Source: an uncultured Actinomycetes bacterium | Lineage (GTDB): Bacteria; Actinomycetota; Actinomycetes; S36-B12; UBA10799 | DNA length: 64,000 nt | NCBI GenBank assembly: GCA_946803585.1 | Contig: CAMPEQ010000007.1 | Location: 30,451-94,450 of the forward strand | Direction: 5' to 3' | Shown here: positions 28,040 to 36,992 of the stretch, in pieces | Layout of the letters: the number at the start of each line of letters is the position of its first letter | How positions within the stretch are numbered: the stretch's first letter is position 1 | The notes under the pieces: generated by a model | The model's database searches: none | Told to the model about the DNA's origin: nothing | Seen by the model: only the letters and a program-made list of their open reading frames with translations | Position numbers and translations under genes: made by a program

Positions 28040-29139
28040 ACGACCTTGAAGGCTGAGGTCTTGTTCTTGATCTTCTTGGCCTTCCACACTAGTCGCACCT
28101 TCTTACCTCGCGCTGGGGCCTTGTACACGATCTTGCCGTGAGCCTTCTTGGTGTATTTACCCTTTGGGGAGTGGCGAACCTTCACCTTTCGGTCGGCGCT
28201 TGTTCGGCAGTTCTTCTTGAGCAGGGTTACCCGCTTGTGCGCCACAAGTTTCTGAGGAACTGCGACACAACTCTTAAGCGGAAGCTGCTTCTTCGACGTA
28301 GAAATCTCGACGCGGCCCGACCCGGATGCGTTCGCTATGCCATAAGAGCCAGTAGAAGCGAAGCGGTGTAGGAAGCTCGACCCTCCGCCACCGCCGCCAC
28401 CATCGTTGATATTGGTTCCACCCCCACCGCCACCGAAGTAGCCAGCGCCACCCCCGCCTGCAGCGCCGGGACCGCCCAACCCGCCATCGCTGCCGGATCC
28501 AGATCCGCCATCGCTATTTGATCCGTTGCCACCGGCGCCGGCCGCAGCCTGGGTACCTGCGTGCCCACCAGATAGGGCACCTCCGGCACCTGCTCCGCCG
28601 CTGGATCCGGTGGGATCGCCGCCGGCGCCACCGCTACCTGTCGATGCGAAGTTCACCACTCCAGCTCCGCCGCCTCCACCACCGGCTACGACCCGCCGCT
28701 TGCCGTTCACCTCCACCTGGCTGAGTCCTCCACCGCCACCGCCGAACGCACTTCCGCCGCCGCCTCCGCCGAACCCGCCTGGAGGGACCGCGCCGATTCC
28801 AGGCGCGCTAGCACCCGTACCTCCGACGAGGATCTGGAGTTGGTCGCCCGGTGAGACTCCAAGTGTCGCAAGCACTCGCGAACCATGTCCGCCAAGCCCG
28901 ATCTGGCCCCCTATGGCTACCACTGCTCCGTTTCCGCCACTACCTCCGCTGACAGTCAGGTTGACCGAATAGACCCCATCTGGCACCGCATAGACATAGT
29001 TCCCGGATTCCGCAAAACCCTGGCCGCCGGCAGCAGTAGCGGAAGGTGTAGCAAGTGCGACCGATCCGCCGAACGCAGTTGCACACGCGACCCCGAAAGC
29101 GAGCAGGCGTCGGCCGCTTGGCGCATTGTGGTTGATCAT
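28018..29139 (-). CDS. Secreted glycine-rich protein with lysine-rich C-terminal tail
   Basis: Signal peptide (RRLLAFGVACATAFGGSVALATPSATA). N-terminal NYVYAVPDGVYSVNLTVSGGSGGNG...PGDQLQILVGGTG module, long GGx tracts, and a last ~90 aa with 23 Lys by my count. Confidence 0.75.
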   Translation of the reverse strand: MINHNAPSGRRLLAFGVACATAFGGSVALATPSATAAGGQGFAESGNYVYAVPDGVYSVNLTVSGGSGGNGAVVAIGGQIGLGGHGSRVLATLGVSPGDQLQILVGGTGASAPGIGAVPPGGFGGGGGGSAFGGGGGGLSQVEVNGKRRVVAGGGGGGAGVVNFASTGSGGAGGDPTGSSGGAGAGGALSGGHAGTQAAAGAGGNGSNSDGGSGSGSDGGLGGPGAAGGGGAGYFGGGGGGTNINDGGGGGGGSSFLHRFASTGSYGIANASGSGRVEISTSKKQLPLKSCVAVPQKLVAHKRVTLLKKNCRTSADRKVKVRHSPKGKYTKKAHGKIVYKAPARGKKVRLVWKAKKIKNKTSAFKVVQVYRVR

Positions 29140-29194
29140 CTCGCCATTCTCTGGTCATCCATCCGCGCGCGCAACGCCATCCGTGTTCTTGTCA

Positions 29195-29224
29195 CTCGGA
29201 TGCTCGGATGCTCGGATGCTCGGA
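29195..29224. repeat. 8-bp tandem repeat CTCGGATG x3.75
   Basis: CTCGGATGCTCGGATGCTCGGATGCTCGGA, read directly. It lies 56 nt upstream of the Gly-rich gene start. Confidence 0.9.
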
Positions 29225-29271
29225 ACTGTCGAAGCGACGATTGGGGCAAGTGGGCCACAGCCTAGAGTGCC

Positions 29272-29688
29272 CTAGCCCACGCCTAGGACCTCCGCCAATC
29301 TCGTCGGATTCTCGACCACAATCGAACACTCCCAAGGTTCAGTCCCGCTCGCGATCCCGATGCCCTCGTACGGAGTCGCCCGGATTCCGTAGCGAGCCAG
29401 ATCAATGCAGATGGCTTCCAGCGCTTCGCAAATTGGCTCAACCGGTGAGAGCGTTGCGGCCGCAGAGGCGTCGAAAGATCCCCAGCGATCGGGGTGTCGT
29501 GCCAGTGATTCCTTGGCATTGCGAAAGAGCTCCAGGACGGCTGGACTCAAATGCTGAGGTTCTATCAGGGACTCGATTGGATCAAACGAGCGAAGGATCA
29601 CGTGGTCGGCTATCTCGCCCGCGCAGTCAGGCACTTGTGCGTCAAGCCAGTTGGTGAGTTGTAGGTGGTTGTCTGTTGGTATTGCCAT
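29272..29688 (-). CDS. Hypothetical cytoplasmic protein (138 aa), no family recognised
   Basis: Clean ORF with genome-typical codon bias, directly upstream of and co-oriented with the Gly-rich gene. I saw no TM segment or signal peptide. Confidence 0.55.
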   Translation of the reverse strand: MAIPTDNHLQLTNWLDAQVPDCAGEIADHVILRSFDPIESLIEPQHLSPAVLELFRNAKESLARHPDRWGSFDASAAATLSPVEPICEALEAICIDLARYGIRATPYEGIGIASGTEPWECSIVVENPTRLAEVLGVG

Positions 29689-29771
29689 TCCGGATTCATC
29701 CCTTCAAGTGGTGATGCCTGAGGCTATGTGCGGAGACCGACAGTCTGGCTAGCCGAAGGGCAGACCTGATC

Positions 29772-31577
29772 GTGGATACTTTGATTCCTATGGACACTGC
29801 ACAGATAACGATTGCCCTCGGAACGATTGTCGTATTTGGAGTTGGCGCGCAGTGGCTTGGGCGCAAGACCGGGATCCCCTCCATCGTCTTACTACTGCTC
29901 GCTGGAATCTTGGCCGGTCCCGTGACCGGGTTAGTCGATCCAGACGAACTTCTCGGCGCAACGCTGGATCCAGCCGTGACCTTGGCCGTTGGCCTACTGC
30001 TCTTCGACTCAGGATTTGCTCTGCGATTCCGAGATTTCACGGAGGGCCGCAGCGTGGCCTACACCCTCGTGTCGGTGGGAATGTTGATCACCTGGGCCGT
30101 TGGTTCAGTCGCTTCGTACTTCATTTTCGATCTTTCGCTGGCTGTAGCCGCACTGCTTGGCGCTGTGCTGGTGGTCTCAGGTCCCACCGTTGTGGGGCCG
30201 ATTCTGAAGATGGCTCGGCCCAGCCGAACTACCGGAAAGATCCTGGAGTGGGAAGGCACAATGCTCGATCCCATCGGAGCGACGCTGGGAATCGTGGTGC
30301 TGACAGCAATCACGACGACGTCAGAGCACCCACTGCTCGGAGCTATCGGGCTAACCCTCGCGACCGCACTGGTCGGGATAGCAATCGGTGTCGCGTGTGC
30401 AGTTCTGCTTGTCCTGGCGATTCGCTACTTCGCGATGCCAGATGATCTGGAGGTCCCCGTTGCCTTCATGTTCGCCGTGTTGGCCTTCTCGGCGGCTAAC
30501 GTACTGTTCTCTGAGGCCGGGCTGTTTGCGACTCTGACGCTCGGCTTAGTACTTGCCAACCAGAAGTACGCCTACGTCGCAAGAATCGAACGGTTCCAAG
30601 CCAGTATCGGGACGTTGGTGATTGCCACTCTCTTCATCGTGTTGGCGGCAACTATCGACCTCGCGGCTTTGACAGAAGTTCTTCTGCCGTCCGCGTTACT
30701 GCTTGCCGTACTGGTACTGGTCGCCCGGCCGTTGGCGGTCTTCCTTTCAACACTTCGATCAGGACTAGAACCTCGGTCGCGCGGCTTCATCGCGTCGGTA
30801 GCGCCGAGGGGTATCGTCGCGGCCTCGACAGTGTCCTTCTACGCGATCACGCTGGCCGACAACGACATTGCCGCTAACCAAATCGTTCCGATCACCTTCG
30901 CGATCATCATTGGAGCCGGAATCGTCTATGGATTCGGATCCCCCGCGATGTCCAGGATCCTCGGGGTGAGCCAGGGGACGCCCAAGGGTGTTGCGCTCGT
31001 GATGCCGGTCCGAGACGCACACCCAGTGGCCGCTGCGCTAACAGAGGCGGGCGTACCCGTGTTGGTGTCGGACAATGACGTGAGCGATGTTGGTGCGTCG
31101 GAACATCGAGGCTACGAGATTATTGGAGCGGAGTTTGATGACGAGGCAATGGCGGCCAAACTCGAGGACATTGGAATCGGGACCGCGGTGATTGGAACCG
31201 GACTAGGTGAGCGCGATCTCCTCGCAATGACCCTAATTGGGAGCGACTTGGGAATGCGAAATGTCTATTACCTCCCACGCCATGCTCAGGGGCATGGGTC
31301 CGGCGTAGACGAACGCTGGCGAGCCCAAACCCCTGCGAGCCACATCGCATTTGGTCCAACGATGACCCGCGGAAAGTTGGTGGAACTGATTCATGGGGGA
31401 GCGGACTTGCAGTGGTACTCCGCAGATGCTGATCTCTCGGAGTTGCCGACTGGGACGACGCCGCTCTTCATCGTGACAAGCCAGGGTCGCGCGGTCATCG
31501 CAAATCAGGCCAGTATTGGGAAAGCACGCGGAACTGCAGGTGAGCGCGTTCTGTGCCTGCACCCCACCGCGCCGTGA
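29772..31577 (+). CDS. CPA1-type Na+/H+ antiporter with C-terminal cytoplasmic RCK/TrkA-like extension
   Basis: About 400 aa of Na_H_exchanger-type TM helices (LLLLAGILAGP..., WEGTMLDPIGA) followed by ~200 soluble aa. The start is GTG 29772 or ATG 29790. Confidence 0.85.
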   Translation: MDTLIPMDTAQITIALGTIVVFGVGAQWLGRKTGIPSIVLLLLAGILAGPVTGLVDPDELLGATLDPAVTLAVGLLLFDSGFALRFRDFTEGRSVAYTLVSVGMLITWAVGSVASYFIFDLSLAVAALLGAVLVVSGPTVVGPILKMARPSRTTGKILEWEGTMLDPIGATLGIVVLTAITTTSEHPLLGAIGLTLATALVGIAIGVACAVLLVLAIRYFAMPDDLEVPVAFMFAVLAFSAANVLFSEAGLFATLTLGLVLANQKYAYVARIERFQASIGTLVIATLFIVLAATIDLAALTEVLLPSALLLAVLVLVARPLAVFLSTLRSGLEPRSRGFIASVAPRGIVAASTVSFYAITLADNDIAANQIVPITFAIIIGAGIVYGFGSPAMSRILGVSQGTPKGVALVMPVRDAHPVAAALTEAGVPVLVSDNDVSDVGASEHRGYEIIGAEFDDEAMAAKLEDIGIGTAVIGTGLGERDLLAMTLIGSDLGMRNVYYLPRHAQGHGSGVDERWRAQTPASHIAFGPTMTRGKLVELIHGGADLQWYSADADLSELPTGTTPLFIVTSQGRAVIANQASIGKARGTAGERVLCLHPTAP

Positions 31578-31580
31578 TGG

Positions 31581-33314
31581 TTACGGAAGGATCGGCTGCC
31601 AGAAGTCATAACGCTGGGTAGGAATCAGCTGACCAGTGCTGACAGGCGAATCCCACACCACGTAGTCGCTGCCAGTCACTTCGGTGATCTTTGGGTACCC
31701 GAGGCCTTGACTCGGGTTCTTGGCGAAGTTCGCCCAGGCCTGGGTCATTAGGTCTCCTAGTTTGCGCTCCTCATCGGTGACGGTCTGAGCCGGGACGAAC
31801 TCACCCTCGGCATTCTTTGCCAGGAAATTGGAGAAGACGTAGGGCATCTCGGTGGTATGGCAAATATTCTGCGACGGTGGGTTGCAACGCAACATACCGG
31901 CGAAGTTGAAGCCCGAGTCCTTGACGAAGTGATATCCGAATGACGGCAAACCAGCGGCCTGCATTGCCGGTAGTGCCTTTGACGCGGCTTTCATATTCGC
32001 TGCGGCAACGGCATAGTCGGTTTGTAGTTGACCGAGCGCCTGGCTCGCCGAGGTCATCCCGGCAATCGGAAACGGCTCGTAAGCGGATGGGTTGTAGAGC
32101 TCCTTGCCATCCTCGCTGTAACTCTTGATCTTCTTTAGGTTCTTAGCGCCGAACGTCACGGTCATCGCCTGGTCAAACTGTGCTGGGGTCATGGTAGAAG
32201 GCGCGGGTAGGAAGAAGACCCCTTCATTATGATTGACTCCGAATGCGTAGGGCTTGGGATCGTTGCCAGGGTGGTAGCCCTCGATCGGCTGGCCCGTGAT
32301 TGGTGCGACATCAACGGTAGGCGCCCAAGACATCCCTAACGTCATCCCCAGGGTGAGCAAGCCTGTGAGACCGCCTGAGGGCAATGTGAGGTTCTGTGAC
32401 TGGGCGACTTGTTCAGTCGTCAGGGAACGGAGCCACTCGCCACTTGCTGGACATGGATCGGACCCTGAGTAGGCACCGCACAGCAGGTCGACAAAATCCC
32501 TTCCGTACTCCGAGGCTTTTGCTGCGGAGTTGAACGGCGGACTCATGATATTTGATTCCATGATCGCGGCCTGGAACAAATCGTTGCTCTCTGGCACGGA
32601 GAACAGGTGTAGACCAGTCGACATGGCCCCAGCGCTCTCGCCGAAGAGGGTTATCTGCTGGGGATTGCCTCCGAAGTTGCCGATGTTGTCCTTGGCCCAC
32701 TTCATTGCCAGTTGCTGATCCTGGATTCCGAAGTTCCCGCCGATACCGGCTTGCTCGTCGGTGTAGCGCAGATAGCCCAGCGACCCGAGCCGGTAGTTCA
32801 TTGTGACGAGAACGACGTCTTGGTTCACGAGGGCGGTTCCCTCCATGACTGGCTCACCGCCCTGTCCCACGATGAAACCTCCACCGGGAATCCAGACCAT
32901 CACCGGTAGGTCGGTCTTCGTGCTGTCAGATGGCCGGTAGACGTTGAGATACAGGCAGTCCTCGCTGCCGGCAAATCCTGAGAGCTCGCCAGAAGGCTGA
33001 ATGCACTGGTCGCCGAGTTGGGTGGCTTGAAACGGGTCGCCAGGAAGCGAGTCCAGTGCGACTGGCGGTTTCCACCGCAGATCATCGACCGGAGGTTTGG
33101 CAAATGGGATACCGAGGTAGGCATGGGATTGTTGGTTCTGTGCGTTCGTTGCGACGATCCCGCAGAGCTTTCCTGTGTTGACCTCAATCACCGCGACAGC
33201 TGAGTCGCATTCCGGCGGTTGTGTTGAGGAGCTATCAGTCGAGCCGTCGGAGCTCTGCGAACACGCTCCCGCAGTCAACACGACAACCGCCAAGGCGGCT
33301 AGAAGCCTCTTCAT
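31581..33314 (-). CDS. Carboxylesterase/lipase type B family lipoprotein
   Basis: Lipobox LTAGAC, nucleophile elbow FGESAGA, and upstream GGGF oxyanion region (VWIPGGGFIVG). ATG 33314 is preceded by GGAAGGGA. Confidence 0.9.
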   Translation of the reverse strand: MKRLLAALAVVVLTAGACSQSSDGSTDSSSTQPPECDSAVAVIEVNTGKLCGIVATNAQNQQSHAYLGIPFAKPPVDDLRWKPPVALDSLPGDPFQATQLGDQCIQPSGELSGFAGSEDCLYLNVYRPSDSTKTDLPVMVWIPGGGFIVGQGGEPVMEGTALVNQDVVLVTMNYRLGSLGYLRYTDEQAGIGGNFGIQDQQLAMKWAKDNIGNFGGNPQQITLFGESAGAMSTGLHLFSVPESNDLFQAAIMESNIMSPPFNSAAKASEYGRDFVDLLCGAYSGSDPCPASGEWLRSLTTEQVAQSQNLTLPSGGLTGLLTLGMTLGMSWAPTVDVAPITGQPIEGYHPGNDPKPYAFGVNHNEGVFFLPAPSTMTPAQFDQAMTVTFGAKNLKKIKSYSEDGKELYNPSAYEPFPIAGMTSASQALGQLQTDYAVAAANMKAASKALPAMQAAGLPSFGYHFVKDSGFNFAGMLRCNPPSQNICHTTEMPYVFSNFLAKNAEGEFVPAQTVTDEERKLGDLMTQAWANFAKNPSQGLGYPKITEVTGSDYVVWDSPVSTGQLIPTQRYDFWQPILP

Positions 33315-33355
33315 CTGAGCGTTCCCTTCCCTAGGCGTCATTGGCACTCAACTTG

Positions 33356-33835
33356 CTAGCTGTAGTCCTCGCACTTCGCGGTGATCGCCGAGGTCTGGGC
33401 CTTGCACACGTCGAAGAAGGTCTTCTTTCCTTTTGCTGCCCCGGCATCGATCGATACATAGCCACAGTTCTTCTTACGCATGGTGACGCCCCACCCACTT
33501 CCGGCTCCGGCGCCGAGATTGGTCGCTCCGCCGCCCCACGTAGTTGTCCTATAGCCGCGAGCCTTGCCCGCCTTCTTGTAGTAGCGAACTATTGAGTAGG
33601 GGCTGTTTTTCTTGGTTTTGTACGACTTATAACGCACCCCGTCGGACCGAGACTTACCGATCATCTTTACCCCAACGGGGACCGAAGGAACCGAGCAGCT
33701 ACTCGAGATATCACCTCGAGGATCGGCCTGTATCGCCGAGGTAGTGGACGGTACTGCGATACCAACGCCAAAGAGCGCAACTGCCGCGGACGCCGCGATC
33801 AATGGACGTCGGGTGAGGTTCCCAGCCGGTGTCAT
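33356..33835 (-). CDS. Small secreted Lys/Gly/Cys-containing protein, function unknown
   Basis: Signal peptide (RRPLIAASAAVALFGVGIAVPSTTSA). The mature ~125 aa has four Cys and many Lys. Confidence 0.6.
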   Translation of the reverse strand: MTPAGNLTRRPLIAASAAVALFGVGIAVPSTTSAIQADPRGDISSSCSVPSVPVGVKMIGKSRSDGVRYKSYKTKKNSPYSIVRYYKKAGKARGYRTTTWGGGATNLGAGAGSGWGVTMRKKNCGYVSIDAGAAKGKKTFFDVCKAQTSAITAKCEDYS

Positions 33836-33880
33836 GAGTGCAAATATTGCAGAGCGCGTAGGCGAACGCAGATCAAGTCC

Positions 33881-35176
33881 ATGATCGTCGTAGCTGGGTC
33901 GAATCAGCAGGCCTTGCGCCGCTATCGTTCGTGCGTGGAGGCAGAACAGATCCTGGTCGGAATCGCGATCATCGTTGGACTTGCTGTGGTCTGTCAGTTG
34001 TTAGCCCCGACATTGCGGACTCCGGCGCTGGTCATACTCCTTCCGGTCGGGTTTGTTGCAGGAATACTCTTCCCCTCAGCCAACGCCGCTGAGATCCTCG
34101 GCGACGCGTTTTCCCCCATGGTAAATGTTGCGGTTGGCCTCATCCTCTTTCACGGCGGGCTTGAACTCGTCGAGGAACGAGTTGACCGACCGGATAAGAA
34201 GGTCATCCGTCGACTGGTGATGTTCGGGGCCCTGATTACGTGGGGATGCGCCGGACTCGCGGCGTACGCATTCCTCGGACTACCTTCCCAGCTCGCAGTC
34301 CTACTAGGGGCGATCGTCATCGTTTCTGGCCCCACCGTCGTCGCTCCGTTGTTGGCGTTCGCTCGCCCGCAGATGCGCATCCGCAAGATCCTTGCGTGGG
34401 AAGGGACGCTCATTGATCCGGTGGGCGCGCTCATCGCGGTGATCGTGTTTCAGGGGGTCCAGCTCACCTCAGAACCCAGTTTTGGGGACGCGATCATCAG
34501 CTTCCTCACGAGTGTCACAATTGGAGTGGCCGGCGGGCTCGTCGGGCTCGCCTGTATCTGGGTGGGAATGCTGCTGGCAGGGCCCAGCAAGGTCCTCGGA
34601 ACACAGGTGTTGCTTGGTGCCGTCATCGCGACGACCGCGTTCACTGATGCCATCTCTGATGACTCAGGGCTCGTAGCGGCCGTCATCATGGGGATGATTG
34701 CGCCACTGATGGATCGAGAGAAGTTGGCAGCAGTAAAGCCATTCTTCGATACGGTTGTGAGCTTCTCGATCGGCGTGCTCTTCATCTCGATTTCAGCACT
34801 TGTCAGTCCAGATTCCCTACACGGAATTGTTCTTCCCGGGCTGGGGATTGTGGCGCTACTGGTGCTTATCGTGCGGCCGCTCTCAGCCTTCATCCTCACA
34901 TTCGGGACAACCCTGACAAATCGCGAACGGCTGTATATCGGCTGGATGGCCCCACGTGGGATTGTGGCGGCCGCGACCGCGGCTAGCTTCAGCGCGACGC
35001 TGATCACGGCCAACGTCGCTGGAGCTGAGAAGTTGCTCCCGGCCACCTTCGTGATTATCGCGGGGACAGTACTTTTCTATTCGGCGACCGCCGTTCCAAT
35101 GGCGAAGCTCCTCAAAGTTCGAGACGACGAAGAAGAAGAGGACTTGGCCGACCTACCGCCGAGTTCGGTCGAATGA
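33881..35176 (+). CDS. CPA1-type Na+/H+ exchanger family protein
   Basis: 431 aa, polytopic. It shares blocks with the 29772 gene (VSGPTVV.P.L, ILAWEGTLIDPVGA, APRGIVAA). Confidence 0.85.
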   Translation: MIVVAGSNQQALRRYRSCVEAEQILVGIAIIVGLAVVCQLLAPTLRTPALVILLPVGFVAGILFPSANAAEILGDAFSPMVNVAVGLILFHGGLELVEERVDRPDKKVIRRLVMFGALITWGCAGLAAYAFLGLPSQLAVLLGAIVIVSGPTVVAPLLAFARPQMRIRKILAWEGTLIDPVGALIAVIVFQGVQLTSEPSFGDAIISFLTSVTIGVAGGLVGLACIWVGMLLAGPSKVLGTQVLLGAVIATTAFTDAISDDSGLVAAVIMGMIAPLMDREKLAAVKPFFDTVVSFSIGVLFISISALVSPDSLHGIVLPGLGIVALLVLIVRPLSAFILTFGTTLTNRERLYIGWMAPRGIVAAATAASFSATLITANVAGAEKLLPATFVIIAGTVLFYSATAVPMAKLLKVRDDEEEEDLADLPPSSVE

Positions 35177-35905
35177 GCTAGCAACGTTCGAGAGGAATAC
35201 GTTGATGAGTCGCGATCCCAGCGCCGCGACTGCGGCAAAGCCGCGCTCGTACTCACCTTGGAGGTCTTGGGGCGACACATCATCAGGTAGGTCATGAAGC
35301 ATCGTTGGTTCTCGGAGCCAGTGCGCAAGCACACTAGGGGAGACCTCGATATGGAACTGGATGCCGATTGCCGATTTGAATCGAAAGGCTTGGACTTCGC
35401 AGGTATCCGATGCTGCGAGAACTTCTGATCCGACTGGCGCGGTAACGCTGTCGCTGTGCCAGTGCAAGACCTCCAACTGCTGCCCGCCAACTCCTAGCTC
35501 AGCGCTATCGGTCGTCAACTGAATCGAGCCGATACCGATTTCACGCGCCTGACCTGAGATCAGTCGCGAACCCAGCGCGGTCGCTAGGAGTTGATGACCC
35601 AAGCAGATTCCGAGGACAGGAATGCCGTGGGAGATCGCCAACAAGGAAAGCTCGCGTTCGTGGGCCAGAGCCGGGTGAGCATCGTCATCAAGCGCTCCCA
35701 TCGGGCCACCCATGAACACGAGCCCGTCGTACGCGTCGAGCACCTTAGAGGGACGCGACTCGCTAACGACTCCCATGTCGAGGATGTCGACCGAAAAGCC
35801 GCGCGACTGCGCTAGTTCTGCCACGAGTCCCGGTTCTTCCCAAGCCACATGCTGGATGATCAATAGTGCGGGTACCAAGTCGACTCCTCTCAAAGCGCTA
35901 GGCAC
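35153..35905 (-). CDS. Class I glutamine amidotransferase-like protein
   Basis: GATase1 nucleophile elbow GICLGHQLLA and FHIE near the C-terminus. Its 3' end overlaps the 33881 gene convergently by 24 nt. Confidence 0.85.
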   Translation of the reverse strand: MPSALRGVDLVPALLIIQHVAWEEPGLVAELAQSRGFSVDILDMGVVSESRPSKVLDAYDGLVFMGGPMGALDDDAHPALAHERELSLLAISHGIPVLGICLGHQLLATALGSRLISGQAREIGIGSIQLTTDSAELGVGGQQLEVLHWHSDSVTAPVGSEVLAASDTCEVQAFRFKSAIGIQFHIEVSPSVLAHWLREPTMLHDLPDDVSPQDLQGEYERGFAAVAALGSRLINVFLSNVASSFDRTRR

Positions 35906-36072
35906 GAACTGTCAGCGCCGCCTTCCTAGGTTGGTGTGCGACACATAGCGTGGCGGTCGGAATTCTACGGAAGCTCCGATAGCGTGGCGGCTTAGGGGAA
36001 ATACGTGGGCGCGCATCCGTTCTGGTAGCTCACGGTCTTCACAGATGCGCCACGTGACGGGAGAGGGCAGGG

Positions 36073-36987
36073 ATGAAGCGGGGACTACAGGCATTCTTCG
36101 GGGCGGTTCTACTGGTGATGGGGTTAGTCGCAGCTAGCGGCGGTGGCTTCCTCGCTGTTCTTGTGGGACCTGAAGGGGAGATCTCGACACCCGCCGGTGC
36201 GGTTGCCGGGGAGGGGTACGCCCTGGTCCTCAACGAGTTCTCGATAGATACTGCTGGCGATCCGAACACCGTGCGCAGTTTTGCCGACTTCCAAGTCGGA
36301 GCAGAGTCGACTGAGAACGAGCGCATCTTCATGGGGATTGCCCCAGCCGCTGAAGTTAATCGTTACTTGGCCAGTAGCGCCCGCGATGTTGTCTCTGATA
36401 TTTCTGGAGGAACCGCGCGAATTGTGCCAATCCCAGGTGCCATTGAGCCTGGAGATCCGGCGGACGAGACGTTCTGGGACGCGCAGGCTGAAGGGGCGAA
36501 TCCAGTCCTTTCCCTCGAGCAATCCGGCGTCAGTCAGTCCTTGGTCATCATGAACTCCAACGCGAGCGAAGGCGTAAGCGTCAACTTGACCCTTGGCCTG
36601 GTATCTGCGGCGCTGTTCCCGATCGGACTAGGTCTGCTGATTATTGGTGTCCTGCTACTGCTGCTAGGTGTGCTGCTGATCATCAAGGCTTCTCGTGGCC
36701 GCAAGGTGGACGTAACTGACAACACGGCCGCGACGGCAGTACCTGCTCCGGTGCCGACATCTGCACAGTTCGTGACAGCGGGCGCAGCCACCCAGACAAT
36801 CCCTCCAGTTCAAGGAACGCAACCTCAATCAACGGAGATGACGAGCCCGCCGAGTTTTACGCGGCCAACGGATCCCGCGAGTCCGGGAGGCGCACCTGCA
36901 CCCGCGTCGGCACCTGCGGCTGACCAGCCGGGTGAGGCAGACGGGAAACCAGAGGCGTCACCCAAAGAACCCCCGGCCGGATCGTAG
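36073..36987 (+). CDS. Membrane protein with N- and C-proximal TM segments and Pro-rich tail, function unknown
   Basis: TM at FFGAVLLVMGLVAASGG, a second TM cluster at LFPIGLGLLIIGVLLLLLGVLLII, and a Pro/Ala-rich C-terminus. Confidence 0.65.
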   Translation: MKRGLQAFFGAVLLVMGLVAASGGGFLAVLVGPEGEISTPAGAVAGEGYALVLNEFSIDTAGDPNTVRSFADFQVGAESTENERIFMGIAPAAEVNRYLASSARDVVSDISGGTARIVPIPGAIEPGDPADETFWDAQAEGANPVLSLEQSGVSQSLVIMNSNASEGVSVNLTLGLVSAALFPIGLGLLIIGVLLLLLGVLLIIKASRGRKVDVTDNTAATAVPAPVPTSAQFVTAGAATQTIPPVQGTQPQSTEMTSPPSFTRPTDPASPGGAPAPASAPAADQPGEADGKPEASPKEPPAGS

Positions 36988-36992
36988 CGACT

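Noticed and set aside
28526-28972. A 148-aa proline-rich ORF on the plus strand, antisense to the Gly-rich gene.
   Set aside because: It is the mirror image of GGN codons (NCC gives Pro/Ala). It has no signal peptide, ribosome-binding site or sensible ends. The minus-strand frame is a full 373-aa ORF with a signal peptide and a recognisable N-terminal module.
29689-29771. A Na+/Li+-responsive riboswitch (nhaA-I / DUF1646-type) in front of the first antiporter gene.
   Set aside because: The gap is only 83 nt and must also hold divergent promoters. I see a GGCTAGCC palindrome and weak stems, but I cannot match them to a known consensus from memory. It would need a covariance-model search before any claim.
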